Shown piece after piece: positions 17,601 to 33,454 of a DNA stretch of 64,000 bases. This stretch comes from the human T2T-CHM13v2.0 reference genome, Homo sapiens: assembly GCF_009914755.1 (NCBI RefSeq), contig NC_060948.1. One strand, given 5' to 3'. The first letter of the stretch is position 1, and the number at the start of each line of letters is the position of its first letter. Under the pieces are notes generated by a model. It ran no database searches. It saw only the letters and a list, made by a program, of their open reading frames with translations, and was not told the DNA's origin. A program made the translations under genes and the position numbers.

Positions 17601-18874
17601 TGAGCCACATAGAAAAAAGCAAAACAAAACAAAAAACTACATCAAATACTTCTTCCGTCACCAGGCAAGATTGGAAGAAACTAGCCTTTTCTAGCCAATA
17701 CTGACTCAGTGCATATTGATTTATTATCAAGCACTCTGCTGCATGCTGTCCTTGAAAAAGAAGCATTATCTATGTTTCGTATAAACTGTGTTAGGAAAAT
17801 AAAGTTGATTTTCAGACTTATACCCCAAGTCATCATTCTGTTAATATTTTATTTTCTTCACATACTGATAGAGCCTTGACAATGGCTGTAATTATTAAAC
17901 AAAATGAGCATTTAACAAACACATGCTGGTCCTAATCAATGTAACTTATAATAATACTTCATTAAAAATGAAAAATCTAAGACATATGCTAAGCCAATTA
18001 GCATGGATGAACAATAGTTATAAAGTAGTAGCCCTAGAACCTAATGAGAACATTTTATCTCCTCAAAGTTAAAACTGTATGCACACTGTAGTTCAGCCAT
18101 TCTTCTAGTACATTCATTAGAAACTCTCACACATGTGTACTTAGAGGCATAAGGAAGGTTTTTCATTGTAACATTTCAATAAACACATCATGGAACATGA
18201 TGGAATTCAGTAGACTGAGAACTATGCCATCAATAATGGCAGCTCTCAACAAGAATGTTAACAAAAAAATGTGAAATAATGCATAGCTTATAATATTCAC
18301 ATAAACATCAAAAACTCACAAAACACCAGTATTGTTTAGAAATAAATATTTTAATAAATTTATGAAAAAATATGAAGGTAATACCAGGTTCATGATAATG
18401 GCACCTCTGGAAATGGAGAAAAACAAATGAACCTGATGGGGTGTATTCCAATTGCAACCAAAGGTAATGTAAATAGAACAAGGAATGTATTAATAGCTGT
18501 TATTTTTAAGTCAGGTTAAAATGATATTTATTATGTATATATTTTTTAATTTTACTCAAAAACAAAATAATTCTGTAATGAACAATATTCTGTATAAATT
18601 GCAATCACCTTGTGAAATAATTGCTTTAAAATTTCCCTGTCTCCATTGCCACTTTCAAGGAATTTAAAAAAAATAAAAATTGGAGAATATGGTGTCTTTC
18701 AAAGAAAAACATTTTACATATATAAGTATGAAATAAAATGTATTACCACCACATCACATTTTTGACTCATTATGCATGTAAAAATCATGTAGTGGAAAAA
18801 GAGAGAAGAACATAGCCAGAATTTGACCTATGAATAGAGGGAATAATTGTATGTTTATTTAAAATATCTTCTTA

Positions 18875-19685
18875 GGACATACAGGTGGCCAATAAATATA
18901 AGAAAAGTGCTCAACATCACTGATCATCAGAGAAATGCAAATCAAAATCACAAGATACCATCTCATACCAGTCAGAATAACTATTATTATTAAAAAGCCA
19001 AAATAAAAAAAAAAATAAGGAAGGTGGGCAAGGCTGCAGAGGAAATTAAATACTTATACACTGGTGAAGAGAATGTTCAGCCACTGTGGAAAGCAGTTTG
19101 GGGATTTCTAAAAGAACTAACAATAGAACTACCATTCTACCCAGCAATCCTCTTACTGTGTATATGCTCAAACAAAAATAAATCATGAAAGCTACCAAAA
19201 AGACACAAGAATTCTCATATTCATCACCATAGCAAAGACATGGAATCAACCTAGGAGCACATCCATGGAGGGTGGGATAAAGAAATTGTGGTACATATGA
19301 ACCTGGAATAGAGTACAGCCAAAAAAAAAAGAACAAAATCATGTCCTTTGCAGCAATGTGGATGCAGCTGGAGGTCAATAACCTGAACATATTAATGCAG
19401 AAACAGAAAATCAAATATTGAATATTCTCATAAATAGGAGCTAAAACTTGGGTGCACATAGAAATAAAGATGAGAACAATAGACACTGGAGTCTTCAATG
19501 GAGGGACAGAGGGAGAGGGGCAGGGGCTGAAAACCTTCCTATTGGATACTAGGTTCACTATCTTGGTGATGGGATCAATAGAAGACTAAATGTCAGCCTC
19601 ACACAATGTACCTTTGTAACAAGCCTGCACATGTACTCTCTGAATCTATAATAAAAATGGAAATAAAAAATAAAATAAAAATATT
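18875..19685 (+). mobile_element. Older L1 3' end (L1PB/L1MA-like)
   Basis: atcagagaaatgcaaatcaaa...ctgcacatgtactctctgaatctataataaaa plus A-rich tail. Confidence 0.85.
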
Positions 19686-22064
19686 ATTAAAGGAAATAAT
19701 GTTACATTTTAGAATTGACATTATTGCAGTCATACATGATTTTAACATGCTGATAAAATCTATATAAGCTTTATGGAAACAGCAAATAGTCTCCTGACTG
19801 TCTTTAAAAGTATAAAAGATGGGATAGCCACCTTTATGCAAATTAACTAGACTTCAGTTGCACTAATTAAGAGAGCAACAGCTGAGTCAATCAAATGATA
19901 ATAGACAAGTTATAATTGATGTCAAAATTCTACGTTGTTATATACTGACTTTGAAATCACATCCCAAGTTGTATTCTACTTTGAGAAACATCACTCTACT
20001 AACATATAGAACAAAGATTGATTTTGCAGATTTGCATGATTTCAATGGAGCACATTTCATCTCCAAATATGATAAGCACTTTCCAATGCATAAAACACTG
20101 TTAGAAAAAACTGTCAGTCAGGCTAGACACACATTTCAAAGAGGTTTTGAGGTTGCAAATCACTAATTCCTCACACTCGTGTTACCATGATAATGTGAAA
20201 CACTTACATAGTGTTTCTTATCTTGAAAGAGCCTAGGAACTTTAATTAGTCCTTAGACTAACCAGTGAGAGAGTGATAAGAAGCCTCTTGAAGAGATCAT
20301 TAAAGTGTATAATTCACACTTGCTTAAATGTAATTCAGCATATGTGCATGTTGTGTTTTCCTAGCTTTCTATTTCAATCTTCAGAGAAATAATATTTATC
20401 TGTGAATATATGATGCATAGGCATTTATTATGAATAAAATTATGTAGACCGCACTCTTTCTGCCACTAAAAGCTAACAGATATATGTACATCCAGCACAC
20501 AGAAAAAACATCTGGTACATTCTGCTGTATTTTCTTTTCTTATTCAATTCATATCTCATCTTCAGGTATTTCAGAATGGACTTCATAGCTTTGAATAGGC
20601 TAAAACTTTTTAAATGAGGAATATACAATTCTCTGGTTAAATTTTATAACTACTTTAGTTTTTTGGAAAGTATATTAAAACTAAACATTCATAATTAGGC
20701 TGAATATAAAAGAATATCATATGTGAAAGCTTAACCCAAATGAAAGAATATTTAATATTCAATTTATAATTCTGTTCAGCAGGATTTCCTTCTCTGCAGG
20801 TACTGGCTACAGGGGTCTACCAAAACAAATCTATTTCTGCAGTGAATACCAACACTGGCTTATTCAGTATTCAGGAAAGATCTCTTTCAATCTGCAAAGC
20901 AGAATACAACTTTTCCTTGAGCAGGATAAATTCATATACAGTTTTATTGTTCAACTAAAATTTCAATACAAGTTAATCATTTTCCTTTTTATTACAAAGA
21001 AAATCTGGTTACTTTCTAATTACTTGCCCGAAATCTTTTTTCTATAACTATCTAAAATTACATAGACATACACATACGCATAAAAAGAAACAGTACAACT
21101 GGAAGACCAACCAATGTGTACATGTGTTCTGTTTTAAAAATCTTTCTACTGTACTATTTGCATTGAAGTTATAGTTGTAATTCAATCAATGACCTATTTT
21201 ATATGAGTGCCTAGGACATCACTGGAGAAAGTGTGTACAATACAAGAAACTTTATTCATAAATATGTTTATACGGTATAATTAAAAAGGTTAACTTTGTT
21301 GTCAAAGGCTGATACTGGCTAAAGTTTTGTTTTTTAATATATTCTTCTTTAATTTTTTCCAGAATGCTTTGAAATACCATTCATATCTTTAATTTCTTCT
21401 GGGAATATATGGCCAAAGAAAAATGGAGAAAAACTTTTTTTTTTCCTATAAGTGTATCACCTCTTGAGGGTCAATCTTGTCATAAAAGGAGAGATGCCTC
21501 CACTGCTTTTACTTTAGGACCAGACTTTATAGGAATAGATTATAAATGTGAAACTATCTGCCTACTTAAAGCCACTGTTTTGCAGAAAACACTATTGCAG
21601 TCTGAGGTTGAACCCAAAGGACTGGCCTTGGGAACTTTGAGACTTTGGTCAACAAATTTCCAAGCTAATTTCTAAAGATGTTCTCCAGTATCAAAGACTG
21701 ATACTAGCTAAAATTTTGTTTCTTAATATATGTATCTAATTTGTTGTTTTCTATCCTATAAACTCTTTATGCTATATCTAAGACTTGAAATATTTTAAAC
21801 ATTGGTTGTTGGTCTTTAGTGAAGTCGGGTGGGAGGAACCCACACAGTTGCTCTCTGGGGATTTTATCTAAAGAAAGAAGTCAGTAACAGGCAGCTGATT
21901 GGTCACGGGGCAGCGGCCAGGTTTTTAGCTGAGACATGTAGAAGTTTCTCAGGAATTCTCAGAAATATTTGAGGGAAATGAAACTGGTTTACCAATGCTC
22001 TTTTAAAAAATCAGCTAAAGAACACCCTATAGTGTCCTGAGGAGAAAAAAATGAGCAAGGCAAA

Positions 22065-22270
22065 TAATTTGAGACTGGAAACATACTAGGTGATTGCAGG
22101 AGAAAAGAAAATCTCAAGCAGCAGTTTCACATGACTAGGAAAAATACAACGTTAAAGTAGTTGCATAAACTGGAAGCTGTTACGGCTCTGAAAAACCAGA
22201 GCGTGGGCAAAGCTAGCTAGCAACAACTGGACACAATATGGTGTTGGATTTGAGCTAGGTTTCACCTTGG
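22065..22270 (+). mobile_element. ERV1 LTR fragment (MER72-like); paralogous copy at ~26710-26912
   Basis: gtttcacatgactag...ctgaaaaaccag...ggatttgagctaggtttcacc resembles the remembered consensus. Confidence 0.5.
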
Positions 22271-22606
22271 AGAATATAGCAAAAAAAAAAAAAAATTACT
22301 GCTACTACCATGCAGCTCTTCTACTGTCATGCAGCAGAGCAACTGATCAAAGGCAGCAACTGCCTAACTATGGCTGGTTCACATGTGAAAACTAGAAATA
22401 TCTGTTTGTTTAATTAATGCTTACTTCTTCTGTTACATTAAGTCCAAAATATTACTTACCGACAGTGTTTCATTTTTCTTCCTTATTCTCCACCATTTAT
22501 TTTTTTCTCACATTAGTTATACTTTGTAACTTATTTTGTCAAATACATGCAATGAGGTAACACTGCAGTATTGCAGAAAGCACACTGCATTGGAAACAGA
22601 CTTAAA

Positions 22607-23389
22607 TTTAAAGGGCAAAATGTCCCTTATCCCCCACCGCTGAGCGATCAATGAGGGGAGGTTGTGGGGCTCTGACCGCAGTCAGCATCTAGCGGTGAAT
22701 GTTTATAGCTCCTGAATCCCTAGCGGGCTTCTGTTACACGGTGATAATTTATTTCCTCCATCTGTAGGCGGCTTCTGTTAGCTCAATTAGACACCCTGCT
22801 TTATTGCAGACAGTGGGCTTCATGGATCCCATGGTTTCCTGCCTTGGTGTACCTGAAGAATTGGCTCAAACGTGGGCTTGGAGAATAAGTACAAAGACTC
22901 ATTGACTGGAAGTTGTCAGCAGATGGATGGGGAGCCAGAAGGGAGATGGAGTGGGAAGGTGGTTTCCCTTGGAATCGGGCAGGTCAGCGCTCTCCCCACA
23001 CAGCCTCTTGGAGCTCCGTGTTCTTCTGCAGTGGATGGCCTGCCGCCTCAGTCCTTGTGCTCTCCTTCCTGCGGTGTCTTCTTGAGGTCCGGTTGCTGTG
23101 GTTTCTGCTGATGGTTCCTCTCGACGTCCAGCTGCTCTGTTTCTGCCTTTTAGGGTCTCGGGGTTTCTTATAGCAGAGGATGGGGGTATGGCAGGGGAGG
23201 GTGGTCTTGGAAAATGCAACAAGGGAAAAAAAAAGAAGAAGAAGAAACAGAAGCGCATGTCCTCACCAATTTCGGCAAGAAAACGGAAGTGTGTGTCCTC
23301 ACTTAGGTCAGTGAACACAGCCTCAAGGTGGCGCCCTAGCCAAGAACCACACCCTCTACCAGGCACTTCCCATCCCCCCTTCCATATCA
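22607..23389 (-). mobile_element. Solo ERV1 LTR (LTR1/LTR27/LTR28 group), copy A
   Basis: Minus-strand start TGATATGGAAGGGGG; homologous to 27251-28028. Confidence 0.75.
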
Positions 23390-23638
23390 ATATTTTTTTC
23401 TTAATTTAAACTCCGAAGATAGTACCCAAATCCTTTAGAGAAGACAATTGGAGAAAATGGCATTAGAAGAGCCAGTCTAAGATTAGGGTCACTACATGGA
23501 AAATTGAAACACAGAGAGCATGTCTTGCAGGCGTGGAATCACTGTGGAAACATATCCCCTGCTCAGAAGGAGAGGGACACACACTGGCTTCTCTTGTCTT
23601 CTTGTTCTCTAATCTCTGCACTGTCACCCCTTGACTGA

Positions 23639-24020
<382 letters not shown>

Positions 24021-24398
24021 ATACACTTTATTTGTAAGTACATTTATACTGTATACTTAAAATGGTTAACTTTATTGTCAAAGACTGATACTGGCTGAAG
24101 TTTTTCTTCTTAATAGATGTGTCCCATTTGTTGCTTTGTATCCTATAAACTCTTTATGCTGTATCTAAGACTTAAAATGTTTCAAACATTGGATGTTAGT
24201 CGTTAGTGGAAGTTGGGGGGACTCATGCAGTTGCTGTCTGGGGGATCTCATCTAAAGAAAGAAGTCAATAACAGCTAAGTGGACAGTTGTCCAGTGCCAG
24301 GTTTTTAGCTGTGATGTGTGTAAGTTTCTCAGAAATTCTCAGAAGCATTTGATGGAAATGAAACTGGTTTACCAATGCTGTTTTAAAAAAGTCAGCTA

Positions 24399-26646
<2,248 letters not shown>

Positions 26647-27250
26647 TTTTAGAAAATCAGCTAAAGAACATCCTAGAGTGTCCTGAGGAGAAAAAATGAA
26701 TATGGCACATAATTTGAGATAGGAAAAATACTAGGTGATTGCAGGAGAATAGAAAATCTCAAGCAGCAGTTTCACATGACTAGCAAAAATAAACCATTAA
26801 AGTAGCTGTGTAAACTAGAAGCTGATAAGACTTCGAAAAATGAGAGTGTGGGCAAAGGTGGCTGGGAACAATTGTAGCCAACTTGGTGTTGGATTTGAGC
26901 TAGGTTTCACCTTAGAGAAAATAGCAAAAAAAAATTGCTGCTACTACCATGCAGATCTGCTACTACCATGCAGCAGAGCAACTGATCAAAGCCAACAACT
27001 ACCTAACTATGGCTGGTTCTCATGTGAAAAACAGAAATCCCTGTTTGTTTAATTCATGCTTATTTCTTCTGTTATATGAAGTTAAAAAAAAATTCCTTAC
27101 TGACACAGTGTTTCATTATTCTTCCTTATTCTCCACCATTTATTTTCTTCTCACATTAGTTATACTTTGTAACTTATTTTGTCAACTATATGCCATGAGG
27201 TAACACTGCAGTATTGCAGAAAGCACCCTGCATTGGAAACAGACTCATAT

Positions 27251-28028
27251 TGAAACGAGAAAATGTCCCTTATACCCCGCTGGGGAGCGAGCAATGAGGA
27301 CAGGCTGTGGGGCTCCGACCCCAGGCAGCATCTAGGGGTGAATGCTTACAGCTCCTGAATCCCCAGCGGGCATGTGTTACATGGTGTTAATTTAGTTTCT
27401 CCATCTGTAGGTGGCTTGTGTTAGGTCAACTAGACACCCTGCCTTACGGCAAAGACAGAAGGCTTTCTGGATTCCAGGGTTTCCTGCCTTGGTGTACCTG
27501 AAGAATTGGCTCACATGTGGGCTTGGAGAATAAGTGCAAGGTTTCATTGACTGGAAGTTGTCAGCAGATGGATGGGGAGCCAGAAGGGAGATTTAGTGGG
27601 AAGGTGGTTTTCCCTTGGAATGGGGCAGGTCAGAGGTCTCCTCCCATATCCCTGTGGAACTCCGTGTTCTTCTGCAGTGGATGGGCTGCCGCCTCAGTCC
27701 TTGTGCTCTCCTTCCTCCGGTGTCTTCTTGAGGTCCAGTTGCTGTGTCTTCTTCTGCTGATGGTTCCTGTTGATGTCCTGCTGCAGTGCCTCTGCCTGCT
27801 AGGGTCTCCGGGTTTCTTATAGCAGAGGATGGGGGTATGGCAGGTGAGGGTGGTCTTGGGAAATGCAACAACTGGGCAAAAACAGAACTGCATGTCCTCA
27901 CCAATTTGGGCAAGAAAACAGAAGTTTGTGTACTCACCTAGGTCAGTGAGCACAGGCCTGTGGGTGGATCCCTAGCCAAGAACCACACCATCATCTATCA
28001 GGCACTTCCCTGCCCCCCTTCCATATCA
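27251..28028 (-). mobile_element. Solo ERV1 LTR (LTR1/LTR27/LTR28 group), copy B
   Basis: TG...CA termini with 4-bp TSD atat (27247-27250, 28029-28032). Confidence 0.8.
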
Positions 28029-29224
28029 ATATTTTAAAATTTAAAACTCCAAAAATAATACCCAAATCCTTTAGAGAAGACAGTTGGAGAAAATGGCATT
28101 AGAAGAGCCAGTCTGGGATTAGGGTCAGTACATGGAAAATGGAAACACAGAGAGCATGTCCTGCAGGCCATAGAATCACTGTGGAAACATACCCCTTGCT
28201 GAGAAGAAGAAAGACACAAACTGGCTTCTCTCATCTTCTTGTTCTCTAATATCTGCACTGCCACCCCTTGACTTAACTGAAACCAGAAGTAATTTTTATG
28301 GGAGCCTAGGAACCATGCCTCCAAGGGACCAGGTCTCTGTATTATAGAACAGTGTTGGGGAGAGGTGAGTGATGTATCTGTAGGCATACAAACCCAGGAC
28401 CTGATACAAAGGAGTACCAGAGACAAATATAGTATCAAAGGATCAAGGGAGAAGCAGTCTCAGGAACGTTTCATGCATGATATTTGTGAAAAGACCAAAA
28501 AGTAAAACAGAGCTTATGTGGTAGTAAACATAACAAGAACATAAAGAAAAGCAGGCAAAATCATAAAGTTCATATTATTTACCTTCCCTTTATAGGATTT
28601 TGAAAATCCCTTCCAGAATCCTTTTCCCAAATATCTTCCATTCATGGATTCATTCAAGAAATATTTATTGAGCTAGTATGGTCTAAGAATTGGGCAGATG
28701 ACATCATGTGCACTGTTAGTACATCTATCATTGTTAGAAAGAATGTTTCTTTTTGTCTACAGTGTTTCCCTCCCAAACATGCTTCATGCAAATTGGAATC
28801 CTTACAGATGGGGTCAATTGTTTCTACCCTAAGAAGTTTCCCAAAAGCCATGTAAACCCAGTTAAGAACTTCCTTCCTCTCCAACTAAGTTACTAAATTG
28901 TATCTATTGTAACACTTGTCAGAGTGCATTGCAATTATTGCTCTTCTCTTCATTCTCCAATTTTTAACCGTGACTATTTTGAAGGAAAAGTCTATAAACA
29001 CAATGGCTTGACATTTGTCAATATTTATGGTAAAAAAGATTATTAGATATTTATATATAATATTCTAACATATTTATCCTAATTTTTGGAAAACAATATA
29101 AACAATGTTCACTGCCCATTCCCCATGAACTGCTGAACTTTATGCTTTTAGAGCAATTATACAAACTTGCAAAAAACACCTGAAAGTGTTTTTATTTTGA
29201 TTTATTTTGTTTTGTTATATTGAA

Positions 29225-29485
29225 TTATTTTGTAGAGACAAAGTATTGTCCCTTGGCCCACGCTGAAGTGCAGTGTGCAATCACAGCTAACTACAACCTT
29301 GAACTTCTGAGTAAATAGAACAACAGATGTGTGCCATCATGCCCAATTTAATTAATTAATTAATTAGTTATATTTGTAATAGGTCTTGCTGTGTTGCCTG
29401 TGCTGGTCTCAAACTCTGGGCTTGAAAAAACCCTCCCTCCTCAGCCTCCCAAAGAGCTGGGATTCCAGGCATGAGCCACCAGATC
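29225..29485 (-). mobile_element. Old Alu (AluJ-like)
   Basis: Degenerate reverse Alu with an internal deletion. Confidence 0.85.
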
Positions 29486-31699
29486 TCAAAGAGTAAATTT
29501 TAGATTTTAGAATATTGCAATATGTTACACTTAATTTCTTCTTTCAGTTGTGCATTTGCAGTGGCACTTGAGAATAATTATTTCTTATGGTGAGAGTGTG
29601 ATTACTTATACTGGGTCACCAAATTTAGAAATCTTTATTCTGTTTACTTAAACCCTAATAACAGATAGTCAAGTCAGCTGAAAGTCAAGTATGTGGGTGT
29701 TTTTGTTTTGAGGTTATGAAGACAAATGTAGAGAGATATTAAGAACCAAAGATATTTATTTTATATATATGCTAAAGCTTTATCCTTGCAGGTGAGGCAT
29801 CATACATGGTATGGATAGTTTTATAAAATACCCTGAAATACATACTTTAGTAAGCACGTTAGCACTTGCAATTTCCCAGGTTTGTTTTCATCAGGAGTTA
29901 ATGATGTATGGCACTTCTAGTAAGTAAGTGAATGTTTAAATTGCTCTGAGTTATTTTAATCATTGCTCAGCTTAACCATTTAAGTTATCAAAGATCTTTA
30001 TATCATAAATCATAAATGTGCAATATCATAAATGCTACACATTAAAAATTAACATGATTTATGTAACTAAAAGCTGCAATCTAATGTGATAATTTTCAGT
30101 AAGATGACAGCAGTAATTATGCTGAAAAATAGTCGTTCCTGTAGTTTGAGCCATTTCCACCTGGGGATTTCTCAGTCATAGACCAGATCTGGGCAACAGT
30201 GATTAACGTAATTGTTATTAATTAGAGATTTTGATACATCTAGTTGTGTTTAGATGTCAGTGCCTTGAAGAGAAGGGTTTGGCATATTAACCAGAAAGGG
30301 TGCATTGGACGAGATATTAAGAAACATATAGAATTGTTTTTCTTGTCCTCTATAACACAAAAGTTCAGTTAGAGACATAGAAACAATGAAACATTTCACA
30401 GCATGGCCTGTCATTTCACTGCACTTTTATTGTTTTAACCTTGTACAAAGTTCACTAAATATGCAAAGATAGGACTGTTATAGGACAAAAGTGGTGGAGT
30501 CAGAGGTCACAATCCACAGCAAGTTTATAGTCTCTGGTGGATGACACCCTGAGCTCTGAATTAGAGTGAGAATCAACTTTCAGGCTGCCAACAGGGGACA
30601 AGGAGAATGAAGCTATCAGCAGTTAACATATTGGATTAATTGAAATAAATGTTGACAGAGATTTTGTTGGCTTTACATCAAATTGAGTATAGTACTTCAA
30701 ATTGACTATTTGATAAGGTTAAACTTTTATCAAATTTCCCACATGTACAATTGAGGATTGATTAAAAGATTGCACAACCCATACATTGTGGGCATCTCAT
30801 TTAAATTTATATACACATATGCAACTTGCAGTGTGCAAATATGTGTCTATATCTAAATATATCTAAATCCATTGATGAACAGTTAGAAATTTAGAAATTA
30901 TTCTCCTATTTTACCATTCCTTTTCCTAGAATTTTATCACAAATATAATTTTTCCATCTCTTTGAAGCCTACTCTTTGGAGGCACGTAATGTGTGGCTAC
31001 AGTAAAGCTGTGAGATATCACAGTGTTTGTATCAGAGAAAACAATAACACTGGTGTTATAAAACCAGTGTTATTTCTCCTTTGTGAGGAGAAAGTTATAC
31101 ATCACATGACTACAAGTACAGAAGTATTATTTCATTGAAAGCTGAAACCAGTCAATACAATTAGTTTTTAATGTTTTATTTAAAATAATTTCAAAAGGAT
31201 TACTTGAGTAGAATGATGATATTGGCACTAAATAACGTTTAAAATTTTTCTTTAATTTTTTGATTATTTAAGATGTAAGTAAAATACTAAAAAGTACTGT
31301 AAAATGTAGTTTCATGATGCATTCTTTATGGTTTTTGTAAAATTAACAGCCTCAATGGAATTTTTTGACACAGAGATTTCATATATCATTTTATCATTAT
31401 GCTTTCACTTTATTACTTGCTTCTATGTCATAACTGACAGAAATAAAAAATATTTTTATTTACACTGTACAAAGCTTGCATTTTTGTTTATGGTTTCTTG
31501 TAAGAGAAAGTCACCAATAATGTTATCTATATAGAAAAATTTTGACAAGCCCCAAATTCTTATCTTTCTTTCCTTTTGAAGTTTCATATTTCAGTCTAAG
31601 TATGAGATGGAATTGACTGTGGAATCAAATTCTTTGATTTCACTGTAACTACTGAGTTTGTAATATAGTGTTACAAATGTATAGACTTTAAAGCTTGCC

Positions 31700-31760
31700 T
31701 TCTTTTTCTCATCCTTCTCCTCCTCCTCCTCCTTCTCTTCCTCCTCCTCCTCTTCCCTTT
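31700..31760. repeat. (CCT)n-rich microsatellite
   Basis: Directly visible. Confidence 0.85.
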
Positions 31761-32977
31761 GGACTTGTACATGTGATATCTGCAGTAATGTGCACCATTT
31801 CTGAAATAAGGTTGATGAAAGATACAAGCATAAATGAAATGCTTTATTTCTGTGAACCTTTAGGAACAGACAAGTAAAACTGAAAGACATTTATGATATG
31901 AATGTAGGTCCACAGTTTCTCACAGAAGTATAAGGGTGAAAATAAATTTTAAAATACATGCCTCATCCAAGACATGAGGTAGAAAAATGAAAAAAAAGAA
32001 TTTGACATAAAGAACAGTTTAAAAGTTATGATTATTTCTGGTGAGAGAAAGTAGCACTAAAAATCCTATTTTCCCTGTTTTAATTTATGAAACAATTACT
32101 GCATCTTAATGGCCATTTCAAACAGTGGGTGTGTCATCTTAGAATTTCTCTGAGACTCTTTTGTGAGAAATATAGTCTAATTTAGCTCTATAAACAATTG
32201 AATTAATCAATGAAATTATTATGACTGTAGTCTCACAATTTCATTATCCTTCCCTTTTTGGTTTTTACCTATTCTCTTTAAAATTCAAAAGCCCTATAAA
32301 GCATATGATAAATAATAATGACTGAAACAGTTGAAAAATAAAAACTGAGAGCAGACATATTTCAGGGTTTCCTTTATGAGAATGCTACACTAACCATGTG
32401 ATATACACATGGTATAAGTCACCGTGAGAAAATATTTGTTTAGCACTTGACAGTTTATACAGTGACAGCAAATATTATCATTTGACCTTCAAACAGATTT
32501 TCAAACTCATGTTTCATAAATGAGGAAAATGTGACTCAGTAATACAAATCAGAGCTGTTACATTTCTTTAGGAATATGTCAGTCAATAAAGCAAAGGCAT
32601 GAATTTTCTTCTGGAGGGAAGAGGAAGGCAACATTTATTAAAATATTGAGTGTTTTCTCTCTTTTTTCTTTGTTTTCATCATTTACTAATATTTTGTTTA
32701 TCAAAATTGTTACATTTCCTGTATTTGCCTGTTACAGCAAATACAGTGTTATCACACTCATTACTCCTCATTTTTCTCTGTGCCTGTAACAACTACACAC
32801 TCAGAAGAGCAAGGACCATGTTTTTCTGTGCTTCTTGCAGACTGCCAAGGCTTATCGTGGCATTTAGAAACTATCTGCAGAATGTTTGTGACATTTTCAT
32901 GTAAGTTACATTCTAGGCCACTTGATACTAATTTACTATTCAGTATTTGGGTTTGGAGAGCTATTTTTCCTTTCAAG

Positions 32978-33405
32978 TTTTTTTTTTTTTTTTGTCTTTT
33001 TTTATTATACTTTAAGTTCTGGGGTACATGTGCAGAACGTGCAGGTTTGTTACATAGAGATACTTGTGCCATATTGGTTTGCTGCACCCATCAACTCCTC
33101 AATTATATTAGGTATTTCTCCTGATGCTAACCCTCCCTGAGTTCCACTCCCCCTGACCAGCCTTGATGTGTGATGTTCCCTGCCCTGTGTCCACGTGTTC
33201 TCATTGTTCAACTCCCACTTATGAGTGAGAATGTGCGATGTTTGGTTTTCTGTCCTTGTGATAGTTTGCTTACTTGATGGTTTCCAGCTTCTTCCATGAT
33301 CCTGCAATCACAATGAAATACAATCTCATGCCAGTTAGAATGGTGACATTAAAAAGTCAGGAAAAAACAGATACTTGAGAGGATGCAGATAAATAGGAAT
33401 GCCTT
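32978..33405 (-). mobile_element. Short L1PA 3' end with an inverted 5' piece (33308-33405)
   Basis: Poly-T followed by tttattatactttaagttctggggtacatgtgcag; then a forward ORF2-end piece cacaatgaaatac...aataggaatgc; flanks ccttt(c)aagttt. Confidence 0.88.
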
Positions 33406-33454
33406 TAAGTTTGTTTTTTTTTTTTTAAGTATATTTTAAGGATATAATTATACG

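Noticed and set aside
22872-23409. ORFs apparently conserved with 27517-27953
   Set aside because: Similarity comes from the duplicated LTR; the frames differ between copies
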